From Candidatus Thorarchaeota archaeon (lineage in GTDB: Archaea > Asgardarchaeota > Thorarchaeia > Thorarchaeales > Thorarchaeaceae): a DNA stretch of 64,000 bases. Within the stretch, counting starts at the first letter, position 1. Every line of letters starts with the position of its first letter. The notes below the pieces were generated by a model. That model saw nothing but the letters and a program-made list of their open reading frames with translations, did no database searches and had not been told where the DNA came from. Shown one piece after another: positions 10,715-20,925 of this stretch. The DNA is taken from contig JBHLRS010000018.1 of assembly GCA_048882325.1 (NCBI GenBank), forward strand, positions 42-64,041. The letters are read 5' to 3'. Position numbers and translations under genes: made by a program.

Positions 10715-11707
10715 ATGACGACCCCCATTGATGGCATTTCAAGAATACAGATTCCTACGCCATTCCCTGTTGGTAGTGTTAACTGCTACTTGATAGAAGG
10801 TTCACCACTCACGTTGATTGATACTGGTCCGAAAGTACCCGACAGCTTGACAATACTGCAGGAGGCACTTCATATCTTATCCTATGAGTTGTCAGACGTT
10901 GAGCAGATTCTCATCACGCACGGACATCTTGATCACATAGGCCTGACTGCACAGATTGTGAGAGAACGAGAACATGTTCATGGCATACCACCAACAGTAT
11001 GGATTCACCAGAAGGATGCCAATGCTCTGCTTAGCTATGAAAGACATGCAGAGATATACATGAAGTCCTTTGAGAGATTGATAGGAATGTCTGGTGTACC
11101 AGAGAAGATAGCACAAAGTCTGAATCCAAAGAAACTCATCGAATATTATATGTCCATACGAGAGCCAGTTCCATCAGCCCATACCTTCGAAGATATGGCC
11201 TCTTTCAAAACGGGAATTGGTGAGATCACTGCAGTTTGGGTTCCCGGACACTCTTCTGGGTCTGTATGCTATGTCTGTGATGAGAAACAGGTCATCTTCA
11301 GTGGAGACCATGTCTTAGGAGACATCAGCTCAAATCCAAGTATATCGTTTGACAGTCCCGAGAGAATTGGGATGTTGACATACCTTGACTCTCTAGACAG
11401 AATCTCATCAAAACAGGGCTACATTGTCTTCCCTGGTCATAGAGAACCTATACTTGACCTTCAATCCAGAATTGAGTCATTACATACAGAATATGAAGAC
11501 AAATTTCAGAAAGCCGCAGACTCGCTCACTTCTAAACCACTTTCAGTCTATGATCTATCAAGAATAATCTATGGGGATTATGATATCAATTCACTTGTCT
11601 TGGCTCTGGCTGAAAGTAATGATCTTCTTAGAATCCTAGAGAGTAGAAACCAAGCTAAACTGATCAATAAGAATGGAGTTCTTCAGGCTATTCGTCAGTC
11701 CAACTGA
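10715..11707 (+). CDS. Metallo-beta-lactamase-fold hydrolase
   Basis: THGHLDH, PGHS, SGDH, PGH motifs. Confidence 0.9.
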   Translation: MTTPIDGISRIQIPTPFPVGSVNCYLIEGSPLTLIDTGPKVPDSLTILQEALHILSYELSDVEQILITHGHLDHIGLTAQIVREREHVHGIPPTVWIHQKDANALLSYERHAEIYMKSFERLIGMSGVPEKIAQSLNPKKLIEYYMSIREPVPSAHTFEDMASFKTGIGEITAVWVPGHSSGSVCYVCDEKQVIFSGDHVLGDISSNPSISFDSPERIGMLTYLDSLDRISSKQGYIVFPGHREPILDLQSRIESLHTEYEDKFQKAADSLTSKPLSVYDLSRIIYGDYDINSLVLALAESNDLLRILESRNQAKLINKNGVLQAIRQSN

Positions 11708-12180
11708 TAATAATGATTGCAACAATCATCCCCACTCATGAGTTTCTTCGATATTTTAAACTCCATCTCCGGATTGAATCCTGCAACGATGTGTGGATCA
11801 GTACTGCAGTGAAAGATTAGACCATAATCAGGTTTTCCAATTTTGATATAGGTGTCTGCCATAGGACACCTTGTACAGTGAATCTGAGCGGAGTTTTTTG
11901 TTCTCTCCACTGTGAACACTCCACCAACTCGCTCAAAGGACTTCCACAATGTATTAAGAATTCCTTGGATATCATTGTTCTCCCTCGCAGTAGCAACCTC
12001 TCCCCACAACTGTTTGGTGTTTTCAGCTATAATCTCAAGAACTCTTTGTTCAGACTCAGATCCATATTCTTTTTCATACTTCTCAAGTAAGGTCTTCAGC
12101 TTATTTGGTTTTGAGCGAGCATCTCTGATTTCTGTGATTAATTCTCTCAGTTTGTCGTCACGAGCAGCTGAGTCAGTCAT
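11695..12180 (-). CDS. ATC-hydrolase-like (L-2-amino-thiazoline-4-carboxylate hydrolase)/V4R-related protein
   Basis: CTRCP...C.TD...GFNP...LM.GDDCC pattern. Confidence 0.75.
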   Translation of the reverse strand: MTDSAARDDKLRELITEIRDARSKPNKLKTLLEKYEKEYGSESEQRVLEIIAENTKQLWGEVATARENNDIQGILNTLWKSFERVGGVFTVERTKNSAQIHCTRCPMADTYIKIGKPDYGLIFHCSTDPHIVAGFNPEMEFKISKKLMSGDDCCNHYYQLD

Positions 12181-12297
12181 ATGCAAAACCAACTATAGAC
12201 ACCATAAAAAAAGCTAGTTCAGAGTAGAAAAGCAGTTGTCGAAAAAAATCGTGAAAATGGCTTATATAAACTCAAACCTAACTATTCCTTGATATTG

Positions 12298-13104
12298 ATG
12301 AAGTCATCACGAGAATATGATGGAGGAGTGTTAAAGGCACTATCCAATTCTACGAGAAGAGAGATAATCCATCTCATTGCAACGAAAGGAAGTGCATCTT
12401 ATTCACAGATTATGCAGGTTCTAGGACTTGATCCTTCTCTTGAGAGTGGCACTTTCAACTACCATCTCAAGGAGCTCATTGAAGTGGGACTGATTGAGAG
12501 CGTTAACGGTGAGTATAGAATAACTGCACTAGGAAGGAATGCACTGATCCTCATTGACCAAGTTAGAGATGAGCCTCGTGTTGACAAGTATGGTGTACTA
12601 TCCGCAGCTCTTTCTATGACACCACGAGAGGAACTTCAGCTATTCAAGGCTCAGATGGGATCTGGTCTTGGCTTTACCATCATGATCTTAAGTATCATCG
12701 CGATGTTGGTTACAGTTAACTTCGGAAATCAAGTTGGTTTTGTTGCAGCGTTTGTTTCATTCGCGCTCAGCATTGGCGTATTAATGTCTTCAGTAACCAA
12801 ACTGATACAACTCGCAAGGAAATACAATCTCGGACTTTCTGTTCTTCTCTTCATCTCTGAGAACTGGTTCCTCTTGCGGTCCCCTAATAGAGGTAATTTT
12901 CTAGCACTTAGTGTTTTTGCTGTAATTTCTGTGACCTTCTCAGCATTCTATCTCTTTCTGGCAGGTACGGGAATTATAGCATGGATTTCCGCACCTGGGG
13001 TTGCACTACTTATGATTACAATCTTCACTATTCCCTGTACTTTGATTCTTGCAGACACAGCTATCAAGAAAGTAGAGGAATTGGAGTCGATGGAAGGTGA
13101 ATAA
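12298..13104 (+). CDS. ArsR-type winged-HTH fused to four TM helices
   Basis: LKALSNSTRREII...FNYHLKEL...YRIT.LG followed by four hydrophobic helices. Confidence 0.85.
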   Translation: MKSSREYDGGVLKALSNSTRREIIHLIATKGSASYSQIMQVLGLDPSLESGTFNYHLKELIEVGLIESVNGEYRITALGRNALILIDQVRDEPRVDKYGVLSAALSMTPREELQLFKAQMGSGLGFTIMILSIIAMLVTVNFGNQVGFVAAFVSFALSIGVLMSSVTKLIQLARKYNLGLSVLLFISENWFLLRSPNRGNFLALSVFAVISVTFSAFYLFLAGTGIIAWISAPGVALLMITIFTIPCTLILADTAIKKVEELESMEGE

Positions 13105-13231
13105 AGAGACGAAAACGGAAGAGGAGTTGGATAGACTACTCGAGGTTCTTTCCAAACCATTGACACGATTGATTCTAACAGTGCTCTCTGGTGTTGAGCC
13201 TGACTTCAGCACTTACAGTGTTTCAGAATAA
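13097..13231 (+). pseudogene. Truncated ArsR-like HTH remnant (44 aa)
   Basis: GTG start overlapping the previous gene: MNKETKTEEELDRLLEVLSKPLTRLILTVLSGVEPDFSTYSVSE*, resembling ArsR helices 1-2 only. Confidence 0.45.
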
Positions 13232-13336
13232 GATTAGCATTAGATACAAAGAGCTAGATGGTTTTGGGTGGAATCGCCAGTAGGTTAGCATCATATACCT
13301 TAAAACTATTCAGAATATTAACTATAGTGAATATTC

Positions 13337-13582
13337 ATGCTTGTAATGTCAAAGAAGACAAAATTGGCAGCTGACGAGGTGCTCAATAAAGCAAAAGCCT
13401 TCTTCGATGGCTCATTTGGCTTGACATTGAAGAACTATAATCCTTCATGTTGCATTGAGTTCTCTGGAGAAATCGGTTTTGTTGAAATTACAGTAGAGTG
13501 TACAGGTGAGATTACCGAAGTCATTGTTCGGACACGCGAATGGGAATATCAGATCAAGGATTTCCTACGGAGTTTCAAGTGA
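13337..13582 (+). CDS. Small hypothetical protein
   Basis: 81-aa globular-looking ORF. Confidence 0.7.
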   Translation: MLVMSKKTKLAADEVLNKAKAFFDGSFGLTLKNYNPSCCIEFSGEIGFVEITVECTGEITEVIVRTREWEYQIKDFLRSFK

Positions 13583-13651
13583 GGATATTTTCGTGACGTC
13601 CAGTGATTGGTCATTTGTCGACCTTTTACATATGAATGATCAAAGCTTTCT

Positions 13652-14197
13652 TCAGCAATTTGTCAGGAATGCACCACTAGCAAGATGATATATCAAACGG
13701 GCAGTATCTGGATTCCATACACCCTTTTTAACATCGAAAAAGTCCTCATAAGCATCCACAGAAACTACTTCTCCAACGAAGAGGGTATGATTTCCAATTG
13801 GTACGACGTTCTTAAGTTTGCACTCGAATGATGCTATGGCCTCTTTAACAGATGTTGCATTCTTGTCTGTCTTGCCTGGTACTTCAGTCAAACCAGCAGC
13901 TGTAATTTTGTTCTCATACTGTCGACCAGTGTGAGTCCCACTCCACCATAGCTCATCCAAAGCATCTAGTGGTAAAACGTTGACGGTGAATACTCCAGCC
14001 TCTCTGATAACAGCATTGCTGTGCTTATTGGGAGAGATAACTATCCCAAACAACGGCGGATTGACAGAGAGAGGAGTAGCCCAAGCAACAGCAATTGCGG
14101 CCTTACTATTATCTCTAGGATCATTTGCTGTAATCAGATATGTAGGATGCGGGCCTGACAATGCAATGAAAGCATTGGTGTCACATTTCGCTCTCAT
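13652..14197 (-). CDS. Flavin reductase family (DIM6/NTAB) protein
   Basis: W.TPLS.NPP, FTVNVL, ECKL...GNHTLFVGEV. Confidence 0.9.
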   Translation of the reverse strand: MRAKCDTNAFIALSGPHPTYLITANDPRDNSKAAIAVAWATPLSVNPPLFGIVISPNKHSNAVIREAGVFTVNVLPLDALDELWWSGTHTGRQYENKITAAGLTEVPGKTDKNATSVKEAIASFECKLKNVVPIGNHTLFVGEVVSVDAYEDFFDVKKGVWNPDTARLIYHLASGAFLTNC

Positions 14198-14276
14198 GAA
14201 TTAACAATTGTTAAAAATACGTGATAAGCTCTTCCCTATAGCTCAAACTCGCCAATTTTGATATATCTCGAAATAG

Positions 14277-15548
14277 TTAGTGCTGATTTCTATCTCTTGC
14301 TGGATCATCAGCCCTCAAAAGAATGAACAAAGCCACAATGAGAATCAATGCAGCCACTGCAAAGGGAAACATCCCGATTAGACCCGAATGTGACGCTCCA
14401 GGTACTGGCGTTGCTGTGATGTCTGCCAAGAATCCTAGCATAAGAGGTCCCATCACGAATCCATAGTCACTAATCATACGATAGAGTCCCATTGATATCT
14501 CGAGTTTATCCTGAGGGGACACATCTGTCACATATGCTGCACTTGGACCCTGCAGTCCGATTACTGCACCATAGATTGCAACAGCTATGGATAGGGTCAA
14601 CGGACTCGTTGACAATGGGATGACTAAAGTGATCGCAGCAGATAGTAGGAGACACAGTGCAAGAGGAATCTTCCTTCCAATCCTATCAGAAAGGCTTCCC
14701 ATTGGAGTGATGGTGAGTGCTGTTGTTATTCCTCCTATTGTGAGAACCAACCCGATGGAGGTTGACTCCATCTCCAAGTTGTTTGCTGCAAAGAGAGGAA
14801 TGAGAGTGCTTCTCACACCGGTTCGCAGAAAGAACATTGTAAAGACTGCAAATGATACAAGAATAAACGATCGGTTTGAGAGGACCTCACGCATGTCTCG
14901 TATGATTCCTCCAAGTTCCAGCTGTGAAGATGCATCTCCTGAACTAGCTAACTTTGGCAAGGTCAATGTTGGTAGTATGGCTAGACCTGTGATGATTGCG
15001 TATCCAAAGAAAGGCGCTCTGATATCGTATGAGTCGGCTAGAACTCCCCCAAATGTGGGTCCGAAGATGGCTCCGAGAAGCAACATTCCCATGTAGAGGC
15101 TCATCCATTGCCCCCTCTTCTCCTCACCAGAAATCTGTGCAAGAAACACAGTGGCAGTAGTGACATACAGAGCTGAACCAGCTCCCTCAATCATTCTTGC
15201 AATTACTAGTGTGAGATAGTTTGGAGCAATACCCGCTAGAATGGATGATGTGGAGAGAAGAATGAGTCCCATGATCATTATTCTCTTCTTGTCAAACCTC
15301 CTTGAGAGGAGTCCTGCTGGTATGTCAAGAATCATTCGAGTCACTGCAAATGCTGAAACGACTAATCCCACAAGAGTATATGAAACCTGGAAACTCTCCG
15401 CATAGGTGGGAAGAATCGGAGCAACCATACTTAGTCCAAGAAGAATCAGGAAAGTTACTAATGATAGATTAAGTACTGTAACTACGCTGCCCTCATACTG
15501 AGCGTTTGGTGAGTGGTCTTCATTGGGGTCTTGTTGCTCTTCAATCAA
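14277..15548 (-). CDS. MFS transporter
   Basis: 12 TM helices; motif A GSLSDRIGRK. Confidence 0.92.
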   Translation of the reverse strand: MIEEQQDPNEDHSPNAQYEGSVVTVLNLSLVTFLILLGLSMVAPILPTYAESFQVSYTLVGLVVSAFAVTRMILDIPAGLLSRRFDKKRIMIMGLILLSTSSILAGIAPNYLTLVIARMIEGAGSALYVTTATVFLAQISGEEKRGQWMSLYMGMLLLGAIFGPTFGGVLADSYDIRAPFFGYAIITGLAILPTLTLPKLASSGDASSQLELGGIIRDMREVLSNRSFILVSFAVFTMFFLRTGVRSTLIPLFAANNLEMESTSIGLVLTIGGITTALTITPMGSLSDRIGRKIPLALCLLLSAAITLVIPLSTSPLTLSIAVAIYGAVIGLQGPSAAYVTDVSPQDKLEISMGLYRMISDYGFVMGPLMLGFLADITATPVPGASHSGLIGMFPFAVAALILIVALFILLRADDPARDRNQH

Positions 15549-15631
15549 ATTTAGTGACAGTCCTTGGAAAAGTGTCCGATGTTATCTGGCTAAAGTACTT
15601 TCAGATTGAACCATACACCCTAGAATTGAGT

Positions 15632-16687
15632 CTATTCCATCCTCTTATCCAATTCCAGCTGCCGTACCTGTTTCCTTACCGAATCTTCAATCGCATCAAT
15701 CTTCTTCCTGATGCTTTCTATGTGGGCTAACTTAGTTTCTATTTCCCGCTTTTTCTGTTCATCTAGCTTTACATGCTCATCATAAGCATCCGACCATTCT
15801 TGTCGTGTCTGTGTGAGCTGTTGCCTGAGATGATCATACATTATCTTCTTGACGTGAACTGTATTCCTCAGGTTCAGAAGCTTGGTTTCGACCTCAAGTG
15901 AGTAATCCCGGAACTCTTCCTCGGCTTTCTTCAGTTTTGCACGCAGGTCAATCAATTCGGTCATTGTGAGTGCTACTTCATCATCCTGAGGTATGGCGTC
16001 CTTTTCTACAGATAGCACTTCATCTACTGCTTCATCTGCTGCGGCTACCGATATAGCTGAACTTGTTTCAGCTGGTTGACTTGCTTCATCTGTACCTATG
16101 GTCACTTCATGCATCGTAGTGACTGTCTGACGGTCGTCCGGATTGATCATCATCCTGGTCAGTTTCTCAAATGCTCTATCGATGTTTTCACCTGTAAGGG
16201 CTGAGGTTTCAATGAAGATGGCTGGAGTATCGAGCGTCTCACTGAACTTCTTCGCGAACTCAAGACCCTCCTCATACGATACGATGTTCTCTGCAGGGTG
16301 GTACGAACGAAGGTCGATTTTGTTACCAGCAATAATCAGGGCTGGGAATTCTTCCATGAATCCTTTCGCCTCGACAAGCCACTTTGATGCATTGTCAAAG
16401 GACTCTCTGTCCACCACACTATAGGCTAGGATCAGACCACTACACCCTTCGTAATAGCGTCTGCGGAGGCTCTGGAATTGAGGTTGGCCTGCAATGTCCC
16501 AGATGACCAGACGAACCGTTTCATCATCATTGTACATCACTGTCTTTTGTGCAAAATCAACGCCTAACGATGGGATGTAATTTGACCTGAATCCCTGTCC
16601 CAAGTACTTACGGCGGATACTTGTCTTTCCTACATAACCGTCCCCGATCAGACATATCTTAAATTGCCAGCGTCGAGATGATGCCAT
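15632..16687 (-). CDS. Rab/Ras-like small GTPase with C-terminal coiled coil
   Basis: G1 GDGYVGKT, G3 WDIAGQ, G4 NKID, G5 ETSAL; Rab-like GVDF, F.SLR..YY; heptad-rich C-terminus. Confidence 0.92.
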   Translation of the reverse strand: MASSRRWQFKICLIGDGYVGKTSIRRKYLGQGFRSNYIPSLGVDFAQKTVMYNDDETVRLVIWDIAGQPQFQSLRRRYYEGCSGLILAYSVVDRESFDNASKWLVEAKGFMEEFPALIIAGNKIDLRSYHPAENIVSYEEGLEFAKKFSETLDTPAIFIETSALTGENIDRAFEKLTRMMINPDDRQTVTTMHEVTIGTDEASQPAETSSAISVAAADEAVDEVLSVEKDAIPQDDEVALTMTELIDLRAKLKKAEEEFRDYSLEVETKLLNLRNTVHVKKIMYDHLRQQLTQTRQEWSDAYDEHVKLDEQKKREIETKLAHIESIRKKIDAIEDSVRKQVRQLELDKRME

Positions 16688-16798
16688 TTTCCTCTCCAAC
16701 CTGAGGCGGCGCTGCTAATATTCCGTGTTTTTCCGTACTTATAGTCATATTTCAGCTATCTAGCAGGTCTGAAATATAAGGTTCATAGTGACTGAATC

Positions 16799-17152
16799 AT
16801 GAGCATACTGATTATTCTAAATGACCCTCCCTATGGTACTGAACGCTCGTACAATGGTCTACGACTTGCCATGACTTTGAGAAAGGATTCTCCTGATATT
16901 CCTGTGAACATATTCTTGATGGGTGATGCAGTCTCTTGTGCAGTGACAGGCCAAAAGACCCCCAATGGCTATTATAACTTGGAGCGGATGATTCGAGCAG
17001 TTTTGACGAAAAAGGTGGGCGTCATCTGTTGTGAGACCTGTCTAAACGCAAGGGGTCTGAGTGACGAATATCTCATAACTGGTGTGAAACGAGGTACCAT
17101 GAAAAACCTTGCTCCATGGACTGTATATGCTGATAGGGTTGTGACGATTTAA
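16799..17152 (+). CDS. DsrE/YchN family sulfur-relay protein
   Basis: NDPPYGTERSYNGLRLA, FLMGDAV, C..C..ARG. Confidence 0.9.
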   Translation: MSILIILNDPPYGTERSYNGLRLAMTLRKDSPDIPVNIFLMGDAVSCAVTGQKTPNGYYNLERMIRAVLTKKVGVICCETCLNARGLSDEYLITGVKRGTMKNLAPWTVYADRVVTI

Positions 17153-17222
17153 GACCGACTTTAGCCGCGACAGCAGAGATATTATGCACCAATCCCAGCA
17201 GCACTGATATCGTCCAAGGGAA

Positions 17223-18659
17223 ATGGTATCCATGCCAGATTCAGCTGTGATTGAGAAGAAGCTTCAGGATATTCTTGGTAAGAGATTCGTCAGCAGTGAG
17301 CTATGTGACAGATTGGTTTACTCGAAAGATTACTCGATTGAAGGGATAGCTGATGATTATACACCCGATATTGTCGTTAAGCCTGGGTCTTCTGACGAAG
17401 TATGTGAAGTTGTAAAGTTAGCCAGTCAAATGGACGTCCCACTTTATACTTGGGGCGGAGGAACAAGTATGTCTGGCAATCCACTGGCTGTGGAGCATGG
17501 AATTGTTCTTGATATGAAGCGGTTGAACAAAGTGCTAGAAGTTGATCCAGCCAATCTGACAATCACGGTACAGGCTGGAACCACCATCGAAGCTATCTTC
17601 AGTGCGGCTCTTGCAGAAGGGGTGTTTTTTGCTCATCACCCGGAGAGCAGTCTCTCTTCAACAATTGGAGGCGCGCTAAGCTGTATGGGTATCAGCATCT
17701 ATGGTGCGAAGTATGGTTATGTCTATGATCAGGTTCTTGCTCTTGAGGTGGTTCTTAGTAGCGGCGAGAAAATAAGGATAGGAGGTAAGAGCTACCTCTC
17801 ACTGCCAACACACAATCTATTGAACCTCTTTCTCGGTGCCGAGGGTACTCTAGGCATCATAACAGAAGTAACACTCAAGGTGTATCCGAAACCACCGACT
17901 AGGGATAGAATAAGCTATGGCTTTCCAGACATCACATCAGCCATTGAGGCATGCAAAAGCGCTCACGCTGCTGGGTGTTGGCCTGAAACCGTTTTTCTGT
18001 TTGACAGGAGGTCTCTTGTTCAGTACATGGAACGCGCACAGACTCCAATTCCGAAAGAGGTTTCCGTTGCTGTTCTCTTTGGTGCTTCTGGAAGCTTAGA
18101 GATGGTGGATGCAACACTTCAAGCTATAGCGAATTGTTCAGAAACTCAGGGTGGAAGTTTACTTCCCGAAGAACTTACATCGTCCTGGTGGAATTCTATC
18201 AATATAGGCAAGGAAACCTTCGACCAGAGTAATTTTGCCCTCTCACACACCGAATACGAACCGGATCTTGTGGATGCTTGTGTTCCCCTTAGCAGGTTCC
18301 AGGAGTATAGTGACTTTTGTGACGAGCTGAAGAGGGAATTCGGATGGGTCAATATCGACTTCGGAGCGTTCATCGTTGGAGGTCCAAGAGGACCAATCCC
18401 ATTCTGTATCTATTTCAGCGTGCCAATTGACACTCGAATAAAGACAGAGGTGGATAAGTGGTTCCTATTCAAGGAACGAATGTACCAACGAGCTCTAGAG
18501 CTTGGAGGGAGTTTATCTAATGCAAATGGTCTCGGATTAAGATCTTCCCCATGGGTTCAGAATCAACTTGGGCCTGCCTGGAAGCTTCTTACCGACTTGA
18601 AATCGTTGTTGGATCCAAAGAATATCCTGAACCGTGGCAACAGGGGGTTTAGGTCATAA
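17223..18659 (+). CDS. FAD-binding oxidoreductase, GlcD/D-lactate dehydrogenase-like
   Basis: GGGTS, STIGG, GAEGTLGIITE, DPKNILN.G motifs. Confidence 0.88.
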   Translation: MVSMPDSAVIEKKLQDILGKRFVSSELCDRLVYSKDYSIEGIADDYTPDIVVKPGSSDEVCEVVKLASQMDVPLYTWGGGTSMSGNPLAVEHGIVLDMKRLNKVLEVDPANLTITVQAGTTIEAIFSAALAEGVFFAHHPESSLSSTIGGALSCMGISIYGAKYGYVYDQVLALEVVLSSGEKIRIGGKSYLSLPTHNLLNLFLGAEGTLGIITEVTLKVYPKPPTRDRISYGFPDITSAIEACKSAHAAGCWPETVFLFDRRSLVQYMERAQTPIPKEVSVAVLFGASGSLEMVDATLQAIANCSETQGGSLLPEELTSSWWNSINIGKETFDQSNFALSHTEYEPDLVDACVPLSRFQEYSDFCDELKREFGWVNIDFGAFIVGGPRGPIPFCIYFSVPIDTRIKTEVDKWFLFKERMYQRALELGGSLSNANGLGLRSSPWVQNQLGPAWKLLTDLKSLLDPKNILNRGNRGFRS

Positions 18660-19798
18660 TGGACCGGCTTGAGAAATACGAGGACTGGGCCCGTGCTTGT
18701 ATGCATGTACGTTGTGGATTCTGTCGTGAGAATTGTCCTGCCTATAGTCAACTTCAACTTGATAGCTATGCAGCCAAGGGAAAGATGACAATGCTTTACC
18801 ACTTACTAAAAGGCAACCTCCAACTTGATGAAACGGTAGCAGAGAGGGTGTTCGCTTGTACAAACTGCGGTCTCTGTGACGTGGCGTGTGGATATAATCA
18901 GAGTGAAGCAATCCATGAGATGAAGACCGTTCTTTATGACCAAGGAGTGAGTATTCCTGAAGGTTACCAAAGTGTTAGCACCAAGACCCGAGAAAGTGGT
19001 AATCCATACTCAGTCGATCCAGTTGAAGGTTCTGAGTTTTTGCAATCCATACCGGAATCAAGTCTTAGTTCAGCTGATTACACTCTGTTTCTTGGATGTA
19101 CTCAGATCTATAGAGAGAAAGATGAGGTGAAATCGCTACTCGACATCCTCAGAGCTGCGGAAATCAGTTTCCGGACTCCAACTGAGCAGATATGTTGTGG
19201 GTCTCCAACGTATCGTGTTGGTGATGAGATGCAAGCTCGAAAACAAGCAAAAAGATTAACCACGATGCTTGAAAGTTTGGAATCTAAGAAAATACTCATG
19301 TCGTGCGCAGGATGCTATCGAATGCTCTCACATGATTATGAATCGTTGTTAGGTGAAGAATCAAAGTTCGAGCTCGTTCACTCAATGGAGTTTCTGCAGA
19401 AGCTAATTCAAGGTAATGCTCTCAAAATCAGACCTCTGAATGAGGTTCTCACGTATCATGATCCCTGTCATCTTGGTAGACACTCAGGTGTTTATGAGGC
19501 GCCTCGAAATATTCTTGCATCGATTCCAGGGGTAACTCTTGCTGAAATGGAGTGGAACCAGAAGTTTGCCAAATGTTGTGGTGCAGGTGCAGGATTTCGA
19601 TCTGGTAGAAGTGAAGATGCAATCGCAGTTGCTGGGAACCGAGTTCGAGAAGCTGAAAGAACTGGCGCATCTATACTTGTAACAGCCTGTCCCTTCTGTC
19701 TGCGAAATCTTCGAGATGGTGCTGAAAGTATTTCTTCCAGCATGAGGATTGAATCTGTTGAATCATTGATTGCTGATTTAATGGAACCATCCATCTAA
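18659..19798 (+). CDS. Fe-S oxidoreductase with CCG domains (GlcF/HdrD-like)
   Basis: Two 4Fe-4S motifs, CCG twice, YHDPCHLGR, TACPFC. Confidence 0.9.
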   Translation: MDRLEKYEDWARACMHVRCGFCRENCPAYSQLQLDSYAAKGKMTMLYHLLKGNLQLDETVAERVFACTNCGLCDVACGYNQSEAIHEMKTVLYDQGVSIPEGYQSVSTKTRESGNPYSVDPVEGSEFLQSIPESSLSSADYTLFLGCTQIYREKDEVKSLLDILRAAEISFRTPTEQICCGSPTYRVGDEMQARKQAKRLTTMLESLESKKILMSCAGCYRMLSHDYESLLGEESKFELVHSMEFLQKLIQGNALKIRPLNEVLTYHDPCHLGRHSGVYEAPRNILASIPGVTLAEMEWNQKFAKCCGAGAGFRSGRSEDAIAVAGNRVREAERTGASILVTACPFCLRNLRDGAESISSSMRIESVESLIADLMEPSI

Positions 19799-19879
19799 TT
19801 CAATCTAAGTTGCGGCTTGATTTTCAGCATATCTTTATCCGGCATGAGGTATCACCAAACAGCATTAGAGGAACAGACA

Positions 19880-20626
19880 ATGAAGTTGGAAGGAAAAACT
19901 GCCATTATCACTGGTGCGGGTGCAGGGATTGGAGAAGCCACATCGAAACTTTTTGCAAATGAGGGGGCAAGTGTTGTGTGCAATGATATCTCCGACTCTG
20001 GATTGAGAGTTACTGAAAAAATCAGGTCTGACGGAAAAGAAGCGTACTTCATCAAAGGCGACATCTCTGATGAGGAATTTGCTCATAAGCTGGTTTCAGA
20101 CACGATCGAGAGATTTGGTCAGCTAGACGTGCTTGTGAATAATGCTGGGATCGTCATACCCGGAAGGGTTGACAACACAAGTTCTGATAACTGGGACCGC
20201 ACCATAGAAGTGAATCTTCGAGGAGCCTATCTAGTGTCCCGGTTTGCAGTTCCACATCTAAAGAAGACAAAAGGAGCTATTGTCCATGTTGGATCTGCTG
20301 TCGCTTTGAAGGGGGCAAAGGACAGAGCGGCATACACTGCGTCAAAGGGAGCGCTAGTAGCTCTCACTCGAGCTATGGCTGTTGACTACATGGAGGATAA
20401 TATACGAGTCAATTGCATCAATCCTGGGACAACTGACACTCCCTCTTTGAGAGACCGCCTTTCCAAGTTTCCTGATCCAGAAACAGCTCGAAAACAGTTC
20501 ATTGAACGTCAACCACTCAGACGTTTTGGCACATCAAAAGAAATAGCAGAGGGGATTCTATACTTAGCCACAGCTGAGTTCTGCACAGGAACTTGTCTCT
20601 CTGTTGATGGAGGCATGGCGGTTTAA
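19880..20626 (+). CDS. SDR family oxidoreductase
   Basis: TGAGAGIG, NNAG, YTASK, VDGG. Confidence 0.93.
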   Translation: MKLEGKTAIITGAGAGIGEATSKLFANEGASVVCNDISDSGLRVTEKIRSDGKEAYFIKGDISDEEFAHKLVSDTIERFGQLDVLVNNAGIVIPGRVDNTSSDNWDRTIEVNLRGAYLVSRFAVPHLKKTKGAIVHVGSAVALKGAKDRAAYTASKGALVALTRAMAVDYMEDNIRVNCINPGTTDTPSLRDRLSKFPDPETARKQFIERQPLRRFGTSKEIAEGILYLATAEFCTGTCLSVDGGMAV

Positions 20627-20677
20627 CCTGCAACCATACCAACAGTCTAATCGCAGAAGATCCACGCAACTCTGACC

Positions 20678-20839
20678 ATGACAAAGAAGATTGGAGAGTT
20701 GTCCCTCTGTGAAGAATGTGCGCCTCTGTATTGAGAAATGGAACTTGCAGAGAGATGTGAGGACTGGTGTAGAGAGATGAAGTTCTGCAATCCATAAATC
20801 ACCAAACATGCTGTGAACAAGTCTGAATTAATCATATGA
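20678..20839 (+). pseudogene. Small Cys-rich (zinc-binding) protein with two in-frame stops
   Basis: MTKKIGELSLCEECAPLY*EMELAERCEDWCREMKFCNP*ITKHAVNKSELII; TGA at 20732, TAA at 20795. Confidence 0.65.
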
Positions 20840-20925
20840 TTATTGACTGGGTCTATTGACCAATCGTTATAATAGGCGCGACGATATTGTAGAGGAGTTT
20901 CAAGACATTCATAGGAGATAGTCTT

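Noticed and set aside
20732-20734. In-frame TGA as selenocysteine
   Set aside because: Not at a Cys-motif position, and a second in-frame TAA follows; pseudogene is simpler
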